This document shows positions 59,079 through 64,000 of a DNA stretch of 64,000 bases, one piece after another. The notes beneath the pieces were generated by a model. The model saw only the letters and a program-made list of their open reading frames with translations, did no database searches and was not told the origin of the DNA. Location of the stretch: assembly GCA_951406725.2 (NCBI GenBank), contig OX597823.1, forward strand, positions 91,636,001-91,700,000, read 5' to 3'. Source of the stretch: Octopus vulgaris (taxonomy: Eukaryota). Within the stretch, counting starts at the first letter, position 1. Every line of letters begins with the position of its first letter. Both the position numbers and the translations under genes were made by a program.

Positions 59079-59693
59079 GTGTACACCCCTTTGGCTCTCT
59101 GTCTATCATATATAATAAATATAAATATTATATAGACACTCATGCATACACACACATGCATGCGCACACACACATTTTGCATATATATGTGTGCATGCAT
59201 GTGTTAATGCAAGCTACGAACTTTATGTACAGAAAGAAAAAAACACACACAAACACTCGGAGACTTCTTTGAAAATAATTACATCCCCGCATTCGCATAC
59301 ACACTGACTTTCTTAATTATGCAAAATTACCTTCACACTCACACACACAGACACAGCCGCACACATGTACATCCACACAGCCAAGCAAGGTATTAAACAC
59401 TAATAAAAACATATATACAAACACAAACATATACCCACACATACACATAACGCGTAAAACTAATTTGCAGACACCAAGACTCCGAAGTTGCCAAAAGAAA
59501 TAATTATTGTAAACCTGCCTCTGTACTTCCCAGTTATTCCGTAGTCTCTCTGCCATTCAATTCCGCACATATGTTAAAGACGGAACCATTGATAATTCAT
59601 TAGATCTCCAATAATTACTTATTAATTAACCATCCGTCGTTTCGTTATCTATTTCTTTCTTCCCTCTCTATTTGTCTGCCCAATTGTCTCTGG

Positions 59694-59724
<31 letters not shown>

Positions 59725-59866
59725 ATACATAGATACATCATACATATACATACATACATACATAGACACACACGCACGCATATATATATATAGTACGTAT
59801 ATGTAATATACATATATAAAATGTATATGTATGTATATAATATATATACTCACACATATATGCATG

Positions 59867-59905
<39 letters not shown>

Positions 59906-60861
59906 ATATATATGTATATATATATATATCTATTTTTTATCGCCTTGTTATAAAAGTTATTAAGCTATATTAAATTTGCTGTTTCTCTTTCAATTAATGC
60001 TTTCTCTCTCTTCTTCCTTTCTTTCTCTCTCTCTCTCTCTTTCTCTCTAACACATTTGTTTTGTATCTATCACATATCTACACTCTCCAATTATTATCAC
60101 TTTATACTATTGGTGAACCAAATCAATTTCTTTCTCTCTCTGTCTATTTCTCCCCATCTGCCCCTCTCTATTAGACCTTCCGGTTCTCTCCCTCTCCATC
60201 TCTCTCTCTCTCCCATTCCTCATTTGCTCACCTAATTAATACTATTAAGCCACATGAAAGTAAATACGTCTATTAAACACAGGCAGCTATTGTTTAAGGT
60301 GGCTGTATACTCTCGAAAGGAAATATTTATCTAAAAACTTTATAAGTTCACATAAGTACAGATACTATAGAACAACACAAGCTCGAAACAAAGAACGTCA
60401 TCGCTGTGAAAACAAATTTAAATGTTTGAAGGTAGCTACACACAACTTGTGCCTTTCAACTTTTATATGTGTAAAGCCTTGAAGCTTTTGTAAAGCCATG
60501 AGGCTCACGACATCCCGTTTTCATTTCACTTTACTTATATCCGTTAAGAAGTTTAATGCGACTGAGAAGGTCTGACTGACGTATGTACATACATACATAC
60601 TTGAATGTACAAACATCTACACATCTGCATATATGCATATGCATAAAATAATGTACATTTTAACACAAGAGAAAACTACCTTTGACAGGTAAATTTTACA
60701 CGCTAGAAGAAGCAGTCAAAACGACCAAAACCACATTTAAGAGCAATTTTCGAAGTCGAATGAAAAATAAAAACTTTTACCTTGTTATTTTTTTATGGTT
60801 ATACATAGGTTTCAAATTTAAAATATTTTGCTATTTAAGCAACCAGTAAAACATATTTTTC

Positions 60862-60908
60862 AGTCTGAAAACGGCCATTTGAAACCTGAAACTCATACCA
60901 GAGTAACT
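60862..60908 (+). ncRNA. Decayed type I hammerhead motif
   Basis: agt-CTGAAAA...GAAA-ctc-atacca-gag-TA-act; G8>A and poor stem II. Confidence 0.4.
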
Positions 60909-61059
60909 CACTGTAAACATTATTAAAATAAAAATTATTCCCCCACAAAGCCATCTCTATTCAGTTTTTACATATATATATATATATACATATATACACG
61001 AGTGAGTGGATGAATGTAAGGAAAGTGCACTCAAACAGATTTAGTAGGAGTTACATGTA

Positions 61060-61930
61060 TTATTTAAAACAATTTGATTCGGTTCCTTGCTACTTCAAAT
61101 TTCGCATGATCCTGCTGGGAGTTTGACTCCTCCAGGTCTACACTTAGAGAGGTGCCATCCATTCTTGCCATTTTCACAACTTTCTCTCACCTCTCAATAA
61201 GTTCACTCGGGGTCAACGCTTCTCTCTCCACTCTGAATTACCTATTCAAGTGAAACTTAAAGAAGTCAATGAGAGCTCTAACAAAGAGGGATATATCTGT
61301 CCTCAGGCCTTTCAGCCTTGTCCACGAAACAACCTCTTTCATCACAGCAACCAGGCAAAGGAAAACTGCCTTGCCTGCCCGATTGAAGGAGGGCGGCGGT
61401 GCTATCATCAATACAGACAGATCCGTCGCACACGTGACTGTAGCTGTTCGATATAACCCCCCAAGCCAGCAAGGCCCGAATATTGAACAAAGGCGTGCAG
61501 AACGGATTCGTCACTCTGCGCGCACCTCGGACAACTCCGTCTGATCAGACATCCGTGCCTGTAGAGTTTATCTCGAACAGGTAGCGTCCCTCGGTAGCAC
61601 TGCCAGGCCAAGGACATCTGGAAATTATCCATGATAGTTCCCGACCGGAAAGTCCCCCAGAACAGAATAGCCGGATCATTCTCATCGGTGTCCAGAGTCT
61701 CCCCGAGAACGGCGTCGGACTTCACCGCCACTAATCCTCTAAAGCGGAACATCCACCGATCCCATTGCCCGACTGGTAGAGGGCTGTGAGCGCCTTACGA
61801 CATTCTAGGTGCAAGGCACCTTGTCTCGGTCTTTTCTTCACTCAGGACTGCAGCTTCGTCAAGGAGACGAGCCTCACAAACGGGGCCCACACAGGCTCAC
61901 CGTCCAGAATTCGTTGCAGGTGGCGTAATC
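61060..61930 (-). mobile_element. Tx1/L1-like LINE C-terminal (zf-RVT) fragment
   Basis: SLAWQCYRGTLPVRDKLYRHG...CPRCAQSDESVLHAFVQ; GC-rich relative to flanks. Confidence 0.8.
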
Positions 61931-62018
61931 TAAGCGCGTATTAGGAGTCACTGTATGCCTAATCCACCACTCAGAGGATGCTGGCAACAGACTGACCGCC
62001 ACCACCACCACCACCACC

Positions 62019-62094
<76 letters not shown>

Positions 62095-62469
62095 CTATCA
62101 TTACGTTTACTATTATCGTTGCTGTCGACGTCGCCGTCGTCGCCGTCATCATCATCATCATCATCATTCATCATAATCCTCATCATCATCAATACCGTTA
62201 CCACCGCCATCCAAACCATACCGCCCCTTTTCACCAACTTTGATAACAACTGTTTATTACCATCCGCTATGATGTCTTACTGAATGTTTTAAGGTAAGCT
62301 TTACCTACCTAGGTGATATAATTGCGGCTTTGATGTAGTTATGTAAAACAATAACAACAATAACAAAACAAAACTTGAAGGATTATGAAATGAAGCGGAA
62401 GAAGTTCAGAGACAGGGACACTTTTGACAACAAAATCCATTCGTTTACTTGATTTAACATGCTACTTTA

Positions 62470-62977
62470 AATGTAGCGCTGTGAAAAACTGTAGACACAA
62501 CCATTTCGATAGTTGACCATAGCCTCCACATAGAAAAACCTCCCATACGATCAAACGAATAGGTTGTTGATGGTATGCTCTATTGCCTTCAACATTTTCT
62601 TTCCTCTGTCATGCCGTTTTTGCTTGGGGTCACTTTGGAGCAACTGATGTTGAATAACGTATGGTTTTTAACCCTAAATTCTTTTTCACAATCCTTCTTA
62701 ATGACCGGTCCGAAATATTCTACTTATTTGTCATCTTTCTCTTGCTTCTTTGAGGGTTCCTCTTCACCTTCTCATTGATAACTTCTATTATTCCCTTCGT
62801 ATGAGCTGAATGGTTTCTTCATGAAATTGGATCGGTGAGCCTGTTTGCACCCCTTGAAACTTTCTTTGCACATAAAAACAGTTTTTATGCAAACATTCAA
62901 CCTTTTATCACTTCTTAATTCCTCGTACCAGCCATTTTCAATGCTACCATTTGTTCACATTTTGTTTGAGCTGCCAT
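62470..62977 (-). mobile_element. Degenerate Tc1/mariner (maT-like) transposase N-terminal half
   Basis: Minus, across stops and frameshifts: MAAQTKCEQMVALKMAG..., IEVINEKVKRNPQRSKRKM..ISDRSLRRIVKKNLGLK..QHQLL..KQKRHDRGKKML. Confidence 0.7.
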
Positions 62978-63204
62978 ATCTAATTAAGAACAAACGATAA
63001 AACAAAAGAATATTAAAAAGCGTTATGGAACACTTGCGGCTATTTCAGTGGATAAGAATATTTCAATTCATGTTTGAAGAATGGGTAAATTATTATCTTC
63101 AAATAACGGGTAAGTGCACACACTGCACCCAATATACACATTCTTACATGCACATGCAGTAATAACTATAAATAATACACCCCACCGCTCATAAATGCGA
63201 CCGA

Positions 63205-63950
<746 letters not shown>

Positions 63951-63956
63951 TAAAAG

Positions 63957-64000
<44 letters not shown>

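Overview
AT-rich, microsatellite-saturated eukaryotic non-coding DNA. It is most consistent with a cephalopod (Octopus-like) intronic or intergenic region; this is inferred from the repeat landscape and has not been verified by search. No intact host protein-coding gene is supportable, and almost all listed ORFs are microsatellite translations. The real content is transposon-derived: several tRNA-derived SINE families, CR1-like, R4/Dong-like (RLE), Tx1-like and RTE-like LINE remnants, a Penelope-like RT with a nested Helitron, GIY-YIG remnants, mariner/maT/Tc2/hAT/piggyBac-like DNA elements and a solo LTR. The notable hidden layer is more than ten type I hammerhead ribozyme (HHR) motifs from at least six sequence families, nearly all next to (TA)n tracts. 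They include a near-identical 533-bp tandem and inverted HHR array at 40350-42320 (retrozyme-like, a candidate circular RNA source), a tRNA-headed element carrying an HHR, and a family with a non-canonical CUGUNGA core. There is also a diverged, inverted duplicate non-TE block (about 2.6-3.3 kb versus 17.9-18.4 kb) whose best-conserved core is a short ORF with only synonymous differences. All coordinates and structures were read by eye.
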